Made by a program: the position numbers and the translations under genes | The notes under the pieces: generated by a model | Told to the model about the DNA's origin: nothing | Databases searched by the model: none | Seen by the model: the letters and a program-made list of their open reading frames with translations, nothing else | Part shown: piece after piece, positions 63,803 to 64,000 of the stretch | Numbering within the stretch: position 1 is the stretch's first letter | Layout of the letters: each line of letters starts with the position of its first letter | Assembly (NCBI GenBank): GCA_963422265.1 | Contig: OY729416.1 | Location: 1,056,001-1,120,000 of the forward strand | DNA: 64,000 nucleotides | DNA from: Thermodesulfobacteriota bacterium | GTDB lineage: Bacteria; Desulfobacterota_D; UBA1144; Nemesobacterales; UBA2774 | Reading direction: 5' to 3'

Positions 63803-64000
63803 CTAGGCTTGAGCGCTTATGGCAAGCCATTTGCGGGTAACGTAAGGCTTCCCATTCTCATCCAAACTTCCGTGCATCACAATAGCGGGACCTACAGAAT
63901 ACTTCATCGCTTGCACAGCATCGCTTATAGGGTAGCCTCGTAGCGCCCCTGCGGCGTACTGCTGAAAAGCGCTTATATACTCCCACGCTTCTTGGTGCAT
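63803..64000 (-). CDS. 3' end of an unidentified gene entering from beyond the window
   Basis: Open frame to the window edge, stop at 63803, convergent with ino1. Confidence 0.45.
   Translation of the reverse strand: MHQEAWEYISAFQQYAAGALRGYPISDAVQAMKYSVGPAIVMHGSLDENGKPYVTRKWLAISAQA

Overview
Bacterial chromosomal window of moderate-to-low GC. The gene order (split atp operon with two b subunits, zapB-zapA-ygfA-rny, trmD-SPOUT fusion) resembles deltaproteobacteria-like lineages, possibly Dadabacteria; this assignment is inference only. Housekeeping blocks: ffh-rpsP-khpA-rimM-trmD-rplS, atpF'FHAGDC, tatC, glyQS, rny, prfA, ccsA, a PHA cluster (two PhaE/PhaR-like paralogs, phaC, phaB, crotonase), purU, MoxR/VWA, htpG, radA, murI, dksA, an NSS transporter, a CDP-alcohol/cytidylyltransferase pair, glcDEF, rplM-rpsI and inositol-3-phosphate synthase. 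The main accessory region is a defence island (~49.6-61.3 kb) between glcD and rplM. It holds a HEAT-repeat DNA methyltransferase plus CfrBI-like endonuclease, then a ~7.9 kb segment bracketed by 74-bp direct repeats. That segment carries a solo MazE-type gene, a Type IIG R-M enzyme with signs of specificity-domain swapping, and an FRG-domain protein with about 12 near-identical 102-bp TPR repeats that vary mainly at ligand-groove positions, followed by a decayed second TRD+TPR module. This FRG-TPR/Type IIG module is the best candidate for an undescribed sensor-effector defence system. No rRNA, tRNA, CRISPR array or integrase was recognised. A frameshift in rplS warns that single indels may be sequencing errors.
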